Shown here: positions 46,346 through 57,257 of the stretch, piece by piece | Position numbering within the stretch: position 1 is the first letter of the stretch | How the letters are laid out: each line of letters starts with the position of its first letter | Assembly (NCBI GenBank): GCA_038244915.1 | Contig: JBBRSZ010000008.1 | Span: forward strand, 41,636 to 105,635 | From: Burkholderiales bacterium | GTDB taxonomy: Bacteria; Pseudomonadota; Gammaproteobacteria; Burkholderiales; Burkholderiaceae_C | Length of the DNA: 64,000 bases | Direction: 5' to 3' | Translations under genes and position numbers: made by a program | The notes under the pieces: model-generated | What the model was told of the DNA's origin: nothing | Database searches by the model: none | Seen by the model: the letters and a program-made list of their open reading frames with translations, nothing else

Positions 46346-48136
46346 TCAGTCGAGCATGCCCACGGCGGTGGGCACGTCCTGCTTGTAAAGCGCGAGTTCC
46401 TCGAACTCGGTCACGTTGTCGATCTCGGTGCCCATCGCGATGTTGGTCACCCGTTCCAGGATGATCTCGATCACCACCGGCACCTGGAATTGCGCCATCC
46501 AGGCCTCGGCCTGCCGGATGGCGGGTGCGATCTCCTCCTGCCGGTGCACGCGGATGGCCTTGCAGCCCAGGCCTTCGACCACCTTCACGTGATCGATGCC
46601 ATAGCTGCGCGACGCTTCGTCCTCGAGCGTGTTGATGTTGTCGAACCCCAGCTGCACGCAGTAGTCCATCGAAAAGCCGCGCTGGGCCTGGCGGATCAGC
46701 CCCAGGTAGCTGTTGTTGACGACCACGTGGATGTAGGGCAGCCGGAACTGCGCGCCGACCGCCAGTTCTTCCAGCATGAACTGGAAGTCGTAGTCGCCCG
46801 ACAGCGCGACCAGCTTGCGGGTCGGGTCGGCCGCCCGCACGCCCAGCGCCGCCGGCACGGTCCAGCCCAGTGGCCCGGCCTGCCCGCAGTTGATCCAGTG
46901 GCGCGGCTGGTAGACATGCAGGAACTGCGCGCCGGCGATCTGCGACAGGCCGATGGTCGAGACATAGGTCACGTCCTTGCCGAAGGCATTGTTCATGCAC
47001 TGGTACACGCGCTGCGGCTTCATCGGCACGCTGTCGAAATTGGTCTTGCGCAGGTACTTCACGTCGGACTTGCGCGCGAGGCATTCAGCGGCCCAGGCGC
47101 TGCGGTCGCGCAGGCGGCCGGCGGCCTTCCAGTCCCGGGCGACTTCGACGAACAGCTGCAAAGCCGCCTTGGCGTCGCTGACGATGCCGTAGTCCGGCGC
47201 GAACACGCGGCCGATCTGGGTCGGCTCGATGTCGACGTGGATGAACTTGCGGCCCTTGCAGTACACCTCGGGCGAGCCGGTGTGGCGGTTGGCCCAGCGG
47301 TTGCCGATGCCCAGCACGAAGTCGCTGGCCAGCATGGTGGCGTTGCCGTAGCGGTGGCTGGTCTGCAGCCCGCACATGCCGGCCATCAGCCGATGGTCGT
47401 CGGGAATCGCGCCCCATCCCATCAGGGTCGGGATGACCGGGATGCCGGCGATCTCGGCGAACTGCACCAGCAGCTCCGAGGCGTCGGCGTTGATGATGCC
47501 ACCGCCGGCGACGATCAGGGGCCGCTCGGCGGAGTTGAGCATGTCCAGCGCCTTCTCGATCTGGCTGCGCGAAGCGGTGGGCTTGTACACCGCCAGCGGC
47601 TCGTAGCTGTCGATGTCGAACTCGATCTCGGCCAGCTGCACGTCGATCGGCAGGTCGATCAGCACCGGCCCGGGCCGGCCCGAGCGCATCAGGTGGAAGG
47701 CCTGCTGGAAGGCGCGCGGCACCTGGGCCGGTTCCATCACGGTGGTGGCCCACTTGGTCACCGGCCGGGCGATCGAGGCGATGTCCACCGCCTGGAAGTC
47801 TTCCTTGTGCAGGCGGGCGCGCGGCGCCTGGCCGGTGATGCACAGGATCGGGATGCTGTCGGCCTGGGCCGAATACAGGCCGGTGATCATGTCGGTGCCG
47901 GCCGGGCCGGAGGTGCCGATGCACACGCCGATGTTGCCGGCCCGGGCCCGCGTGTAGCCCTCGGCCATGTGGGAGGCGCCTTCGACGTGGCGCGCCAGGA
48001 TGTGGCTGATGGTCTGCCGTTCGCGCAGCTGCGCATACAGCGGATTGATCGCCGCGCCCGGCACGCCGAAGGCCTGGGTGACGCCTTCTTTTTCCATCAC
48101 CAGCACCGCGGCCATGACCGCCTTCATCTTTGCCAT
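46346..48136 (-). CDS. gcl: glyoxylate carboligase (tartronate-semialdehyde synthase)
   Basis: ATG 48136 is preceded by [40 protein letters not shown]. ThDP motif GDYDFQF...NNSYLG. Length 596 aa. Confidence 0.9.
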   Translation of the reverse strand: MAKMKAVMAAVLVMEKEGVTQAFGVPGAAINPLYAQLRERQTISHILARHVEGASHMAEGYTRARAGNIGVCIGTSGPAGTDMITGLYSAQADSIPILCITGQAPRARLHKEDFQAVDIASIARPVTKWATTVMEPAQVPRAFQQAFHLMRSGRPGPVLIDLPIDVQLAEIEFDIDSYEPLAVYKPTASRSQIEKALDMLNSAERPLIVAGGGIINADASELLVQFAEIAGIPVIPTLMGWGAIPDDHRLMAGMCGLQTSHRYGNATMLASDFVLGIGNRWANRHTGSPEVYCKGRKFIHVDIEPTQIGRVFAPDYGIVSDAKAALQLFVEVARDWKAAGRLRDRSAWAAECLARKSDVKYLRKTNFDSVPMKPQRVYQCMNNAFGKDVTYVSTIGLSQIAGAQFLHVYQPRHWINCGQAGPLGWTVPAALGVRAADPTRKLVALSGDYDFQFMLEELAVGAQFRLPYIHVVVNNSYLGLIRQAQRGFSMDYCVQLGFDNINTLEDEASRSYGIDHVKVVEGLGCKAIRVHRQEEIAPAIRQAEAWMAQFQVPVVIEIILERVTNIAMGTEIDNVTEFEELALYKQDVPTAVGMLD

Positions 48137-48258
48137 CTCGATCTCCTGGGGTTGACGCCGATGGTCCGCGCGGCGGCCCCGCTTGCGAAGAGCAATCCGG
48201 TGATAAGACCTATTCCAGCGCGCAATAAAGAGCCAGCCCACTGGGCTACAGTCGCGCC

Positions 48259-49167
48259 ATGGACCGATTGGCAAGCCTGGACCTCTTCATCCGCGTGGTC
48301 GAGACCGGCAGCTTCAGCAAGGCCGCCGAAGAACTGGGCATCGCCCAGCCGACCGCCACCAAGGCAGTCGCGTCGATCGAGCAGCGGCTCGGGGCCCGGC
48401 TGCTGCACCGCTCGACCCGGGGCATCACGCCCACCGAGGTCGGCGCGCTGTACTACGACCGCTGCAAGCGGATCTCGCGCGAGATCGAGGACGCGGAGAA
48501 CGTGGCCGCGCTGCTGCAGGGCGGTCTGAGCGGCCAGGTCCGTGTCAGCACGTCGCTGGCGTTCGGACGGCGCGTGATGGTGCCGCTGATGCTGCGCTAC
48601 ATGAAGTCGCACCCCGGCCTGAGCGTCGACCTGAGCTTCGACGACCGCTATGTCAACCTCGTCGAGCAAGGCTTCGACCTGGCGATCCGGATGGGTCGGC
48701 TCTCGGATTCCGCGCTGGGCGCGCGCCACCTTGGCAGCAATCCGTGGGTGATGGTGGCGGCGCCGTCCTATCTGGAGCAGCACGCGGCGCCGCGGGTGCC
48801 GGCCGACCTTGCAGCCCATGCCTGCGTGGTCTACAGCAGCGTCCAGGGCGACGCCCGCTGGAACCTCACCGCGTCCGATGGCGAGCAGATGTCGATGCCC
48901 GTCACCGGCCCGCTGCGCTCGAACAACCTGTCGGCCGTGCTGGCGGCGGCGCGCGCCGGGATGGGCCTGGCCGTGCTGCCCTGGTATGTGGCCCGCGAAT
49001 CGGTGGCCGATGCCAGCCTGGCGACAGTGCTCACCGACCACATGCTGCCGGCCCAGGACATGCATGCCGTGTACCCCTCGCCGAAGCTGGTGCCGGCCAA
49101 GGTCACCAGCCTGATCGCCTTCCTGCAGGCGGCGCTGGCCGGCGAATGGTGGAGCCAGACGCTGTAG
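48259..49167 (+). CDS. LysR-family transcriptional regulator, divergent from gcl
   Basis: [54 protein letters not shown] is the LysR wHTH. Confidence 0.85.
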   Translation: MDRLASLDLFIRVVETGSFSKAAEELGIAQPTATKAVASIEQRLGARLLHRSTRGITPTEVGALYYDRCKRISREIEDAENVAALLQGGLSGQVRVSTSLAFGRRVMVPLMLRYMKSHPGLSVDLSFDDRYVNLVEQGFDLAIRMGRLSDSALGARHLGSNPWVMVAAPSYLEQHAAPRVPADLAAHACVVYSSVQGDARWNLTASDGEQMSMPVTGPLRSNNLSAVLAAARAGMGLAVLPWYVARESVADASLATVLTDHMLPAQDMHAVYPSPKLVPAKVTSLIAFLQAALAGEWWSQTL

Positions 49168-49182
49168 GACGGGCTGCGGCTC

Positions 49183-50598
49183 TCAGCTGTCCGCCAGCGC
49201 CGGCCAGCGTCCGGCCCAGGGCTGTGCCGCTTCGCAGGCGCCGCCAAGATCGAGCAGCATGTCGTCGGCGCCATACGCGCCGACCAGCTGCATCCCGATC
49301 GGCAGGCCTTCGCGCGACGGCTCGCAGGGCAGCGCCAGGCCGGGCAGGCCCGCGGCATTCACCCAGCCGGTGTAGACGGCATGACCACGCGGCCCGACCT
49401 CCAGGCCGTCGATGCGGCTCGGGTAGGCCTCTTCGGCCGGCCAGGGCAGGGCCGCCGCGGACGGCAGCACGATCACATCGAGATCGGCGAACAGCGCCAC
49501 GGTGTCGCGCCGTAATTGCTTCACCCGCTCCAGGATCTGCCACAGCCGGGCGGCTGGCAGCCGCCGTCCCAGGTCCGCCATGGCGCGGTATTTCTGCGAG
49601 GCCTGCGCCGCCCAGAGCGGCTGGGCGTCGAACAGTTGCGCCAGGCCGATCTGGCCGATCTGCGGCCAGGCGTCGCCGAAGAAGTCCAGGTCCAGCGGCA
49701 GCGGCCCGGCCTCGACCCGATGGCCCAGCGCTTCAAGTTGCGCGACCGACCGGCCCACGCTGGCGGCGATCTGCGGATCGAGCGGCGCGGAACCGAAACG
49801 CTCGACATACAGCACGCGCAGCGGGGCTTTCGTCCGCAGCTGCGCGGCCGCGTGCGCGGCGGCCAGCGAAGAGCGGTCCACCGGCGCCGGGCCACGCATC
49901 ACGTCGAACAGCAGCCGCGCATCGGCGACCGTGCGCGCGAGCGGGCCGATCACCTCGAAGTCGAGCAGCAGGCTGGGCAGCACGTGCTCGCGCGGCACCG
50001 CGCCCAGCGAGGGCTTCAGGCCGACCAGGCCGGTGTGCGAAGCCGGCCGCCGGATCGAGCCGCCGCCGTCCTGCCCGATCGCCAGCGGCGCGATGCCGCT
50101 GGCCACCGCCGCCACCGCGCCGCCGCTGGACCCGCCGGGCGTGAGCGCGAGGTTCCAGGGATTGCGGGTGGGGCCGAAGATCGGGTTGTCGGTGTAGCCC
50201 TCGAGCGCGAACTCCGGCACGTTGGTCTTGCCCAGGATCAGGGCGCCGGCGGCGCGGGCCCGGGCCACGGCCAGTTCGTCGTGCTGGCTGCGCAAGCCGG
50301 CCAGGCCGGGCGAGCCCCAGGTGGTCGGCAGGTCGCTGGTGAACAGGCTGTCCTTCACCGTCAGCGGGACGCCATCCAGTGGCGACAGTGGCTGGCCGCG
50401 CGCATGGCGCTCGGTGGCGGTTGCCGCCTCCGCCAGGAAGGAGTCGTCGCGCCGCGCGATCACCGCATTGAGTTGCGGATTCACCGCCTCCAGCCGTGCC
50501 AGGCAGGCGCGCGCCGCCGCCAGCGGCGTCAGCGAACCATCCCGGAATCGCCTCGCCATCGCCACCGCGCTCAGGCGCCACACAACGTCGCCGCTCAT
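49183..50598 (-). CDS. amidase-signature (AS) family amidase
   Basis: ATG 50598. PLDGVPLTVKD...GKTNVPEF...GGSSGGAVAAVASG...GQDGGGSIRRPA. Length 471 aa. Confidence 0.85.
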   Translation of the reverse strand: MSGDVVWRLSAVAMARRFRDGSLTPLAAARACLARLEAVNPQLNAVIARRDDSFLAEAATATERHARGQPLSPLDGVPLTVKDSLFTSDLPTTWGSPGLAGLRSQHDELAVARARAAGALILGKTNVPEFALEGYTDNPIFGPTRNPWNLALTPGGSSGGAVAAVASGIAPLAIGQDGGGSIRRPASHTGLVGLKPSLGAVPREHVLPSLLLDFEVIGPLARTVADARLLFDVMRGPAPVDRSSLAAAHAAAQLRTKAPLRVLYVERFGSAPLDPQIAASVGRSVAQLEALGHRVEAGPLPLDLDFFGDAWPQIGQIGLAQLFDAQPLWAAQASQKYRAMADLGRRLPAARLWQILERVKQLRRDTVALFADLDVIVLPSAAALPWPAEEAYPSRIDGLEVGPRGHAVYTGWVNAAGLPGLALPCEPSREGLPIGMQLVGAYGADDMLLDLGGACEAAQPWAGRWPALADS

Positions 50599-50609
50599 GC
50601 CCTTGCTCC

Positions 50610-51902
50610 TCACATGTGGGCCGGCAGCCAGGTCGCCAGCTGCGGCACCGCGATCAGCAGTAGCGTGAACAGGATCATGATCACGGCGTAAGGCAATGCG
50701 CCCCAGATCGCGTCCTCGATCCCGCCTTTGTCGGGCCGGATGCCGTGCACCACGAACAGGTTCATGCCCACCGGCGGTGTGATCAGCCCCAGCTCGCACA
50801 TCAGCACGATGAAAATGCCGAACCAGATCGGGTCCACGCCCAGCGCCGTGGCAATCGGATAGGTGATCGGGATGGTCGCCACCTGCATCGACAGCACGTC
50901 CATGAACATGCCCAGGACCAGGTAGAACACGATCAGTGCCAGGATCAGCCCGGTGGCCGACAGGCCAAGGCCCGCCACCCATTTGGTCATCTGCTCGGCG
51001 ACGCCGGTCAGGCTGATCGCCAGGTTGAGGATGAACGCCGCCGTGATGATCAGCAAGATCATGCCGCTGACCCGGGCGGTGGAGATGAAGCAGGTCAGCA
51101 TCAGCTGCCGGCTCATCTTGCCCGAGTGCCAGACGAAGCCAAGCGCCGCCATCACGCCCAGGGCCGCGCTTTCGGTGGTGGTGGCGATGCCGAAGTAGAG
51201 GCTGCCCATCACGATCCCGAACACCACCACTGGCGCGATCAGGTGCTGCAGGCTGCGCAACTTGTCGGCGAACGGCACATGGGCTTCGCGCATCGCGTTG
51301 CCGCTCATGAGGCTGGAGATCGCGATGTACAGCATGAAGCATCCCGTCAGCAGCAGGCCGGGGATGATGCCGGCGATGAACAGCTTGCCGATCGAGTTGT
51401 TGGTGAGCGAGCCGTACACGATCATGTTCACGCTCGGCGGAATCAGGATGCCGAGCGTACCGCCGGCCGCCAGCGAGCCGAGCGAGGCCCGCATCGGGTA
51501 GCCGCGCTTTTGCAGCGATGGCAGCGCCACCGTGCCCACCGTCGCGGCGGTCGCGACCGACGACCCCGAGGTGGCCGCGAACAGCGCGCAGCTGCCGATG
51601 TTGGTGTGCAGCAGCCCGCCCGGCAGCCGTCCCAGCCAGGCCGACAGTGCGATGTACATCCGGTCGGCGATGCCCGAGCGCAGCAGCAGTTCGCCCAGCA
51701 GGACGAACAGCGGGATCGAGGTCAGCAGGTTCTCGTTGTGCACGCCCCAGACCACCGGCGCGATCGAGTCCATGAACGGCAGGCCGTAGGCCGCGATGCC
51801 GCCGACGATGCCGACCACGGCCATCGACACCGCGATCGGCAGGCCCACCAGCATCATGCCCAGCATCACGGCGAAGGCGATGCCGAAATAGGCGATGCTC
51901 AT
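50610..51902 (-). CDS. TRAP transporter large permease (DctM), set B
   Basis: ATG 51902 overlaps the dctQ stop. MSIAYFGIAFAVMLGMMLVGLPIAVSM...LFAATSGSSVATAATVG. Length 430 aa. Confidence 0.85.
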   Translation of the reverse strand: MSIAYFGIAFAVMLGMMLVGLPIAVSMAVVGIVGGIAAYGLPFMDSIAPVVWGVHNENLLTSIPLFVLLGELLLRSGIADRMYIALSAWLGRLPGGLLHTNIGSCALFAATSGSSVATAATVGTVALPSLQKRGYPMRASLGSLAAGGTLGILIPPSVNMIVYGSLTNNSIGKLFIAGIIPGLLLTGCFMLYIAISSLMSGNAMREAHVPFADKLRSLQHLIAPVVVFGIVMGSLYFGIATTTESAALGVMAALGFVWHSGKMSRQLMLTCFISTARVSGMILLIITAAFILNLAISLTGVAEQMTKWVAGLGLSATGLILALIVFYLVLGMFMDVLSMQVATIPITYPIATALGVDPIWFGIFIVLMCELGLITPPVGMNLFVVHGIRPDKGGIEDAIWGALPYAVIMILFTLLLIAVPQLATWLPAHM

Positions 51903-52480
51903 GGTTGCGCTCCTTCGATGGCCTGGCGCTGCGCCAGGTCGTCCAGTTCTTCCTTCAGTTCTTCCTTGGCGCTCTTGGGATGGAAGTCGTGGTTGAGCGT
52001 CTCGATCCGTCCGGTCAGCAGCAGCCAGCTGGCCCGCACCGAATAGCCCAGCGCCACCAGCGCGAAGATGACCAGCCCTGCATACCAGACCCCCTGCGGC
52101 CAGACCAGGGGCGTGGCCCACGGCGTCTGCGCGGTGCTGCCGTATTGCAGGGTGTCGGTGATCACCTTGGTGGCGATCCAGGCCACGAAGATGCCGAAGG
52201 CCGCCAGGCTGGTGACCGAGAACCAGTTCAGGAAGGCTTGCAGCCGGCGCGGGAACTTCTCGTGGAAGACGTCGACCCGGATGTGGTTGCGGCCCATCAG
52301 CGCCAGGCTGAAGGCGATGGTGGAGCCCACCGCCAATGCGTAGCCGCCGAGTTCGTCGGCGCCTTGCAGCGACACGTTGAACAGCTTGCGGCAAGTGGTC
52401 TCCACCGTGACGACCACCGCCAGCAGCAGGAAGATGCCGCCGAAGATCGTCGCCAGCACGTTCTCGATGTGTTGTTTCAT
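51899..52480 (-). CDS. TRAP transporter small permease (DctQ), set B
   Basis: ATG 52480. Four TM segments, in the position between dctP and dctM. Confidence 0.7.
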   Translation of the reverse strand: MKQHIENVLATIFGGIFLLLAVVVTVETTCRKLFNVSLQGADELGGYALAVGSTIAFSLALMGRNHIRVDVFHEKFPRRLQAFLNWFSVTSLAAFGIFVAWIATKVITDTLQYGSTAQTPWATPLVWPQGVWYAGLVIFALVALGYSVRASWLLLTGRIETLNHDFHPKSAKEELKEELDDLAQRQAIEGAQP

Positions 52481-52545
52481 GCTGGAGGCTCCGGTGGATG
52501 GAGCGGCCAGCGGCGCGCCCCGTTGCAGTGAGGTCGCGCCGTTGC

Positions 52546-53601
52546 TCATTTCAGCCCCAGCACCGGTGCGACCTGGGCCTTCCACTTGGCCGAGCAGCCG
52601 GGGTTGGACTTGTCGCAGACCTCGGCCCAGGTCGGGAACGACACTTTGTTGACGGCGCCGTGGATCAGCTCATTGTCGGCCGGCGTGACCGGCACGGTCA
52701 CCAGCTTGAACTTCTTGCCGGTGGTGCACGGGTCCTTGCCGGCGTTGCAGTTCAGCGCATCCTGGAACAGCTCTTCCGAATAGACCCAGATCTCGTCGGT
52801 GAACTTGTCGAACGCGGCCTTGAGCTTGGCCTGCTGGTCGGGCTTGAGCTGGTTCCAGGCCTTGAGCGAAATGGCATAGCCGTTGAGCGCCATCTGGAAG
52901 CCCAGCGGCATCTGGTGCGTCGTCACCTCCGGCCAGCCGGCGGAGTTGGCCGAGCTGGGTCCGGTGATGGCGCAGTCCACCACGCCCAGCGACAGCGACT
53001 GGTGGGTGTCGGCGAACGACACCGGCACCGGCGTGCCGCCGACCAGTTCGATGAACTTGGCCAGGTTCTGGTCATACACGCGGACTTTCATGCCCTTGAT
53101 GTCGGCCAGCTTGGCGATCGCCTTCTTGCAGAACAGGATCTGCGGGCCGAACGGCCAGACGCTCAGCAGCTTGACGTTGAACTGCTGCTGCAGGCGCTGG
53201 TCCACGGTGTCGAAATAGGCCTTGGCCACCTTGCGGCCGGTGGCGTAATCGGGGCTGGCGCCCACCAGGTCCAGCCCCAGCAGGGTCGGTTCGTCGCGCG
53301 AGTTCTGCGACACCCGCAGCGAGACGATGTCGAACAGGCCGGCCTTCATTACCCGCAGCTGCTCGGTGTCCTTGATGCCGAGCGTGTCGATCGGCTTGTA
53401 GTCGACGTCGATCGGCAGCCCGGTGCGCTCGGCGAAGTGCTCGAAGAAGGGCTGCTCCTTGTTCTTCTGGATCAGGCCGGTGGCCAGCGGCTGGCCGATG
53501 GCCTTGAACTTCAGCCGCTCCTGGGCCTGGGCGGCCGGCAGCGTGAAGGCGAGCGCGAGGGCCGCGGCGGCCAGGGTTTTCAAGCAGGGATTGAGCTTCA
53601 T
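52546..53601 (-). CDS. TRAP transporter substrate-binding protein (DctP-type), set B
   Basis: ATG 53601. Signal peptide ending in PAAQA. DctP-like body with several Cys residues. Confidence 0.75.
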   Translation of the reverse strand: MKLNPCLKTLAAAALALAFTLPAAQAQERLKFKAIGQPLATGLIQKNKEQPFFEHFAERTGLPIDVDYKPIDTLGIKDTEQLRVMKAGLFDIVSLRVSQNSRDEPTLLGLDLVGASPDYATGRKVAKAYFDTVDQRLQQQFNVKLLSVWPFGPQILFCKKAIAKLADIKGMKVRVYDQNLAKFIELVGGTPVPVSFADTHQSLSLGVVDCAITGPSSANSAGWPEVTTHQMPLGFQMALNGYAISLKAWNQLKPDQQAKLKAAFDKFTDEIWVYSEELFQDALNCNAGKDPCTTGKKFKLVTVPVTPADNELIHGAVNKVSFPTWAEVCDKSNPGCSAKWKAQVAPVLGLK

Positions 53602-53652
53602 GGGAGGGGTCCTTGTGGTGAGTGTGGAGGCGGTCAAGCGGGAGGTAGTCAA

Positions 53653-54933
53653 TCAGTAGCCGAGCGCGCGCGGGAGCGCCGTGACCAGGGGCGGATAAAG
53701 CATGCAGGCCACCAGCACGCCGTACATCAGCGCGATGAAGGGCCAGACATTGGCGACCAGTTCCCGCATCCGCACGCCTGTGATGCCGCAGACGACGAAC
53801 AGCACCACGCCCACCGGCGGCGTGAGCATGCCGATCACCAGGTTGAGGACGAACAGGAAGCCGAAGTGCAGCGGGTCGATGCCGTACTGGATCGCGATCG
53901 GGTGCAGCAGCGGCACCAGCATGATGTAGGCGGCGTTCGATTCCAGGAACATGCCCACCACCAGCAGCAGCACCGCCACCAGCGCCATGTAGGCCAACGG
54001 GTTGGTGGTCAGATGGTGCAGCAGGGCGGACAGCTTCTGCGGCATCAGGTCGACCGTCATCAGGTAGGTGATGACGGAAGCGAAGGCAATCAGCGCGCCC
54101 ACCATCGCCGACGTGATGGCCGCCCGGATCACGATGCCGGGCAGGTCGGCCAGCTTCAGGCTCCGGGTGACGAAAAAGCCCAGCGCCATCGCGTAGACCA
54201 CCGCGATGGCCGAGCCCTCGGTGGCCGTGAAGGCGCCGCCGACGATGCCGCCGATCACCAGCACCGGCATCACCAGCACGATCAGCGAGCGCCGCAGTTC
54301 GGCCAGCACCGCGCTCAGGCGGAACGGCTCGCCGGTGACGGCCCAGCCGCGCCGGCTGGCGATCCAGGAACACAAGGCGATGAAGCCGACCGTGATGATC
54401 AGGCCGGGGACCACGCCGGCCATGAACATGCCGCCGACCGAGACCGACGAGCCGGCCATGAAGGCGTAGACGATCATCGCGCCGCTGGGCGGGATGATGG
54501 GGCCCAGGTTGGCGGCGGCGGCGACGATGGCGGTGGCGAAGCCCTTGTCGTAGATCTTCGTCAGCGAAGGCACCAGGATCGACGACAGCGCGCTGGCGTC
54601 CGAGACCGCGGCACCGGACACCGTCGCCAGGCCGGCGCCGGCCAGCAGGGTCACGTGCGCCATCCCTCCCCGCACCCGGCCGACGATGCTGTTGGCCAGC
54701 GCGATCAGGCGCTCGACGATGCCGGCCTTGATCATCAGCTCGCCCGCCAGCATGAAGAACGGGATCGACATCAGCGGGAATGAATTGACCGAGTGCATCA
54801 TGCGCTGCGGCAGCATCGACAGGTCGACCCCGGTGAACAGCAGAGCGGCGACCGCGGCGACGCCCATGGCGAAGGCGATCGGCAGGCCCAGCAGCGACAG
54901 GGCCATGAAGGCGATGACGACGGCCAGGCTCAT
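53653..54933 (-). CDS. TRAP transporter large permease (DctM), set A
   Basis: MSLAVVIAFMALSLLGLPIAFAMG...FPLMSIPFFMLAGELM...ATVSGAAVSDASAL. Confidence 0.85.
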   Translation of the reverse strand: MSLAVVIAFMALSLLGLPIAFAMGVAAVAALLFTGVDLSMLPQRMMHSVNSFPLMSIPFFMLAGELMIKAGIVERLIALANSIVGRVRGGMAHVTLLAGAGLATVSGAAVSDASALSSILVPSLTKIYDKGFATAIVAAAANLGPIIPPSGAMIVYAFMAGSSVSVGGMFMAGVVPGLIITVGFIALCSWIASRRGWAVTGEPFRLSAVLAELRRSLIVLVMPVLVIGGIVGGAFTATEGSAIAVVYAMALGFFVTRSLKLADLPGIVIRAAITSAMVGALIAFASVITYLMTVDLMPQKLSALLHHLTTNPLAYMALVAVLLLVVGMFLESNAAYIMLVPLLHPIAIQYGIDPLHFGFLFVLNLVIGMLTPPVGVVLFVVCGITGVRMRELVANVWPFIALMYGVLVACMLYPPLVTALPRALGY

Positions 54934-55475
54934 TCGGCGCTCCCCGCGCGACGGGGCAGCGGCCCGGCCAGCACATAGCGGATGAAGTGCAGCGCGCTAA
55001 GCAGCGCGCCGATGCCCACCGGCGCGATGAACCAGCCCACGCTGAGGCTGACCGTGGCCATCAGCTCGTCCCACTGCTCGCGCGCCACGCCCAGCGAGGC
55101 CCAGGCGAGCGCCAGCATCAGCAACGCGCACAGCACGGCCCCGGCCCGACGCAGTACCGTCTGCGCCGCCGACGGCAGCTTGTCGACCATCAGGTCGATG
55201 CCGATGTGGGCGCCGTCGCGCACACCCAGCGGGATCGCCAGGAAGATGGCCCAGACGAACGCCAGCCGGCCGATTTCGTCCGCCCAGTCCAGCGACAGGT
55301 TGAAGCCGTAACGCAAGGCGACCTGCGACGAGACCACGGTCACCATGACCGCGACGGCTGCCAGCAACGCCGCGGTGACCAGCCAGTCGAGACCGGCCAG
55401 CGCGCGCGCAAGCCAGTGGACCGCGACCGGCACCGGTGCAGCGGCCGTAGCCTGCAGGGGGAGGTCGCCCGCCAT
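54930..55475 (-). CDS. TRAP transporter small permease (DctQ), set A
   Basis: Four TM segments. ATGA overlap with dctM and a 1-nt gap after dctP. Confidence 0.7.
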   Translation of the reverse strand: MAGDLPLQATAAAPVPVAVHWLARALAGLDWLVTAALLAAVAVMVTVVSSQVALRYGFNLSLDWADEIGRLAFVWAIFLAIPLGVRDGAHIGIDLMVDKLPSAAQTVLRRAGAVLCALLMLALAWASLGVAREQWDELMATVSLSVGWFIAPVGIGALLSALHFIRYVLAGPLPRRAGSAE

Positions 55476-55476
55476 G

Positions 55477-56484
55477 TCAGTGCTTTGCGGCCTCGGCCAG
55501 CACCTGGTTGACCAGGTCGGCGCCGGCGCGCTTCTTCACGTCCTCGATCACCGGAGCGGTCGCCTTGCGCATCTCTTCGCGCGCCGCCGGCGTCAGCTCG
55601 GTGTACGTCATCTTGCCCTTGAGCAGGGCCAGCTGCTTGGCTTCTTCTTCGGCGGCCAGCTTGCGCTGGAAGGCGACGGTCGTGGTCATCGCCTCGCGCA
55701 CCGCCTTCTGGTCCTGCGGCTTGAGCTGGTCGAACGCCTTCTTGCTGGCGACGACGGCGATGAAGTCGAAGAAGTGGCCGGAGTTGGACAGGTACTTCTG
55801 CACCTCGGCGTAGCGCCCGGCCGAGATCACCGTGTACGGATTCTCCTGGCCATCGACCACGTGTTGCTCGAGCGCGGAATACAGCTCCTTCACGTCCATC
55901 GCCACCGGGTTGGCGCCCAGCGCGCGGAAGGTCGCCAGGTGGGTTTCATTGGGTTGCAGCCGCACCTTCAGGCCCTTGAGGTCGGCCATGCTGCGGATCG
56001 GACCGCGGCTGTTGGTGACGTGGCGCATGCCCAGCTCCATCCAGCCCAGCGAAACGAAACCCTTGTCGTTGAGCTTGTGGTCGATCGCGGTGCCCACCGG
56101 GCCGTCGATCACGCGGAAGGCCGACTCGCGGTTGGTGAAAACGAACGGCAGGCTGACCGCTTCCAGCTCGGGCGCGATGCGCGAGAGAAACGCGGCGCCG
56201 ACCCAGGTGATTGCCAGGGTGCCGGAGCGCACTGCATCGACGTTCTCCTTGGCGCCGCCCAGCTGCATCGCTGGGAACACGTCGACCTGCAGCTGGTTGT
56301 TGGTGAGCCGCGCGATCTCCTTCTTGAAGACCTGTTCCACGGCGACGCTGCTCGGATGCTCGGTGGCGAAGTTGCCGGCGATCTGCAGTTTTTGCTGGGC
56401 AGCGACGGGCAGAGCCAGTGCGGCGAGCGCCAGGGTCGATGCCAGGGCCAGCCGGCGCCAGGGATTGCGGGGGATGTGGTTCAT
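55477..56484 (-). CDS. TRAP transporter substrate-binding protein (DctP), set A
   Basis: Signal peptide ending in PVAAQ, then GGAKENVDAVRSGTLAITWVG...LKGLKVRLQPN...ALGANPVAM...LEQHVVDGQENP. Confidence 0.85.
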   Translation of the reverse strand: MNHIPRNPWRRLALASTLALAALALPVAAQQKLQIAGNFATEHPSSVAVEQVFKKEIARLTNNQLQVDVFPAMQLGGAKENVDAVRSGTLAITWVGAAFLSRIAPELEAVSLPFVFTNRESAFRVIDGPVGTAIDHKLNDKGFVSLGWMELGMRHVTNSRGPIRSMADLKGLKVRLQPNETHLATFRALGANPVAMDVKELYSALEQHVVDGQENPYTVISAGRYAEVQKYLSNSGHFFDFIAVVASKKAFDQLKPQDQKAVREAMTTTVAFQRKLAAEEEAKQLALLKGKMTYTELTPAAREEMRKATAPVIEDVKKRAGADLVNQVLAEAAKH

Positions 56485-56510
56485 GGTGAGTCCTTGTGTT
56501 GGTGTTGTGG

Positions 56511-57257
56511 TCAGCGGCTGCGATCGAGCAATCGCGCGATGCCGGCGGGCAGGCCCTGGTGCGGCTTGACCGGCGGCGGGGCAAAACTGCCGCGGCTGTG
56601 GGTTCCGGGCCGCAGCGCCACCAGCGATTGCGCATGGCGCACCGCGCTGGAGACGCCGTCCACCACCGGCACCGGTAGCTGCCCCTGCAGCGTGCGCGCC
56701 AGGCCGGCCAGCGGCGCGCCGGCCAGCACGATGACGTCGGCGCCGTCCTCGTCGACGGCGCGTTCGGCCAGCGCCTTCAGGGCCTGGGTGTGGTCGTCCT
56801 GCACCTGGCCGATGCTGGCCAGCGGCCGGTCCAGCGCGCGGATGCTGGCCAGCCGGGCGCCGAAGCCGTAACTCTCCACCACCTCGCGGTACCAGGCCTG
56901 GATGCGCTGCGAGATGGCGATGATGGAGATGCGGTGGCCGAGCAGGTGGGCGCTGGCCAGCGCCGCTTCGGTCATGCCGGTGACAGGGATCGGCAACACC
57001 TCGCGCAGGCCGGCCAGACCCGGATCGCCGAATGCGGCGACCACCAATGCGTCGTAGTTGCCCTGGTGTTCGCCAGCCAGCTGCGCTGTCGCGTAGGCGC
57101 CGATCATCGCTTCGAACCGGGTCTCGATGTAGGCGACGCCAAACGGCGCCGTCAGCACCTCGATCTGCGTGCCGGGGTCGGCGGCCCGCAGCGCCTCGGC
57201 GCGGATCAGCTCAGACACGCTGTCGGAGATGTTGGGGTTGATCAGCAGCAGCTTCAT
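56511..57257 (-). CDS. Asp/Glu/hydantoin racemase family protein
   Basis: ATG 57257 overlaps the hydantoinase TGA. MKLLLINPNISDSVSELI...VVAAFGDPGL...VLAGAPLAG. Confidence 0.8.
   Translation of the reverse strand: MKLLLINPNISDSVSELIRAEALRAADPGTQIEVLTAPFGVAYIETRFEAMIGAYATAQLAGEHQGNYDALVVAAFGDPGLAGLREVLPIPVTGMTEAALASAHLLGHRISIIAISQRIQAWYREVVESYGFGARLASIRALDRPLASIGQVQDDHTQALKALAERAVDEDGADVIVLAGAPLAGLARTLQGQLPVPVVDGVSSAVRHAQSLVALRPGTHSRGSFAPPPVKPHQGLPAGIARLLDRSR

Noticed and set aside
48235-48247. A 13-bp palindrome, AGCCCACTGGGCT, 12 nt upstream of the LysR start codon in the gcl/lysR divergent region.
   Set aside because: It does not fit the T-n11-A LysR box, and it sits where the RBS should be. 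It could be a small hairpin, but no functional claim is justified.
45182-48529. A 1115-aa plus-strand ORF, together with similar giant ORFs at 42222-44588 (+), 43432-45672 (+), 52498-54783 (+), 30847-33018 (+), 12201-14573 (-), 6830-8323 (-), 36096-37931 (-), 53072-54976 (-) and 47-1507 (+).
   Set aside because: All lie antisense or out of frame to genes with unmistakable family motifs (gcl, hyi, glxR, pyk, TRAP genes, pepP, lptD, the M20 peptidase, gap, the TAXI receptor). Their translations are Arg/Gly/Ala/His/Pro-rich low-complexity strings, as expected when stop codons are rare in high-GC DNA.
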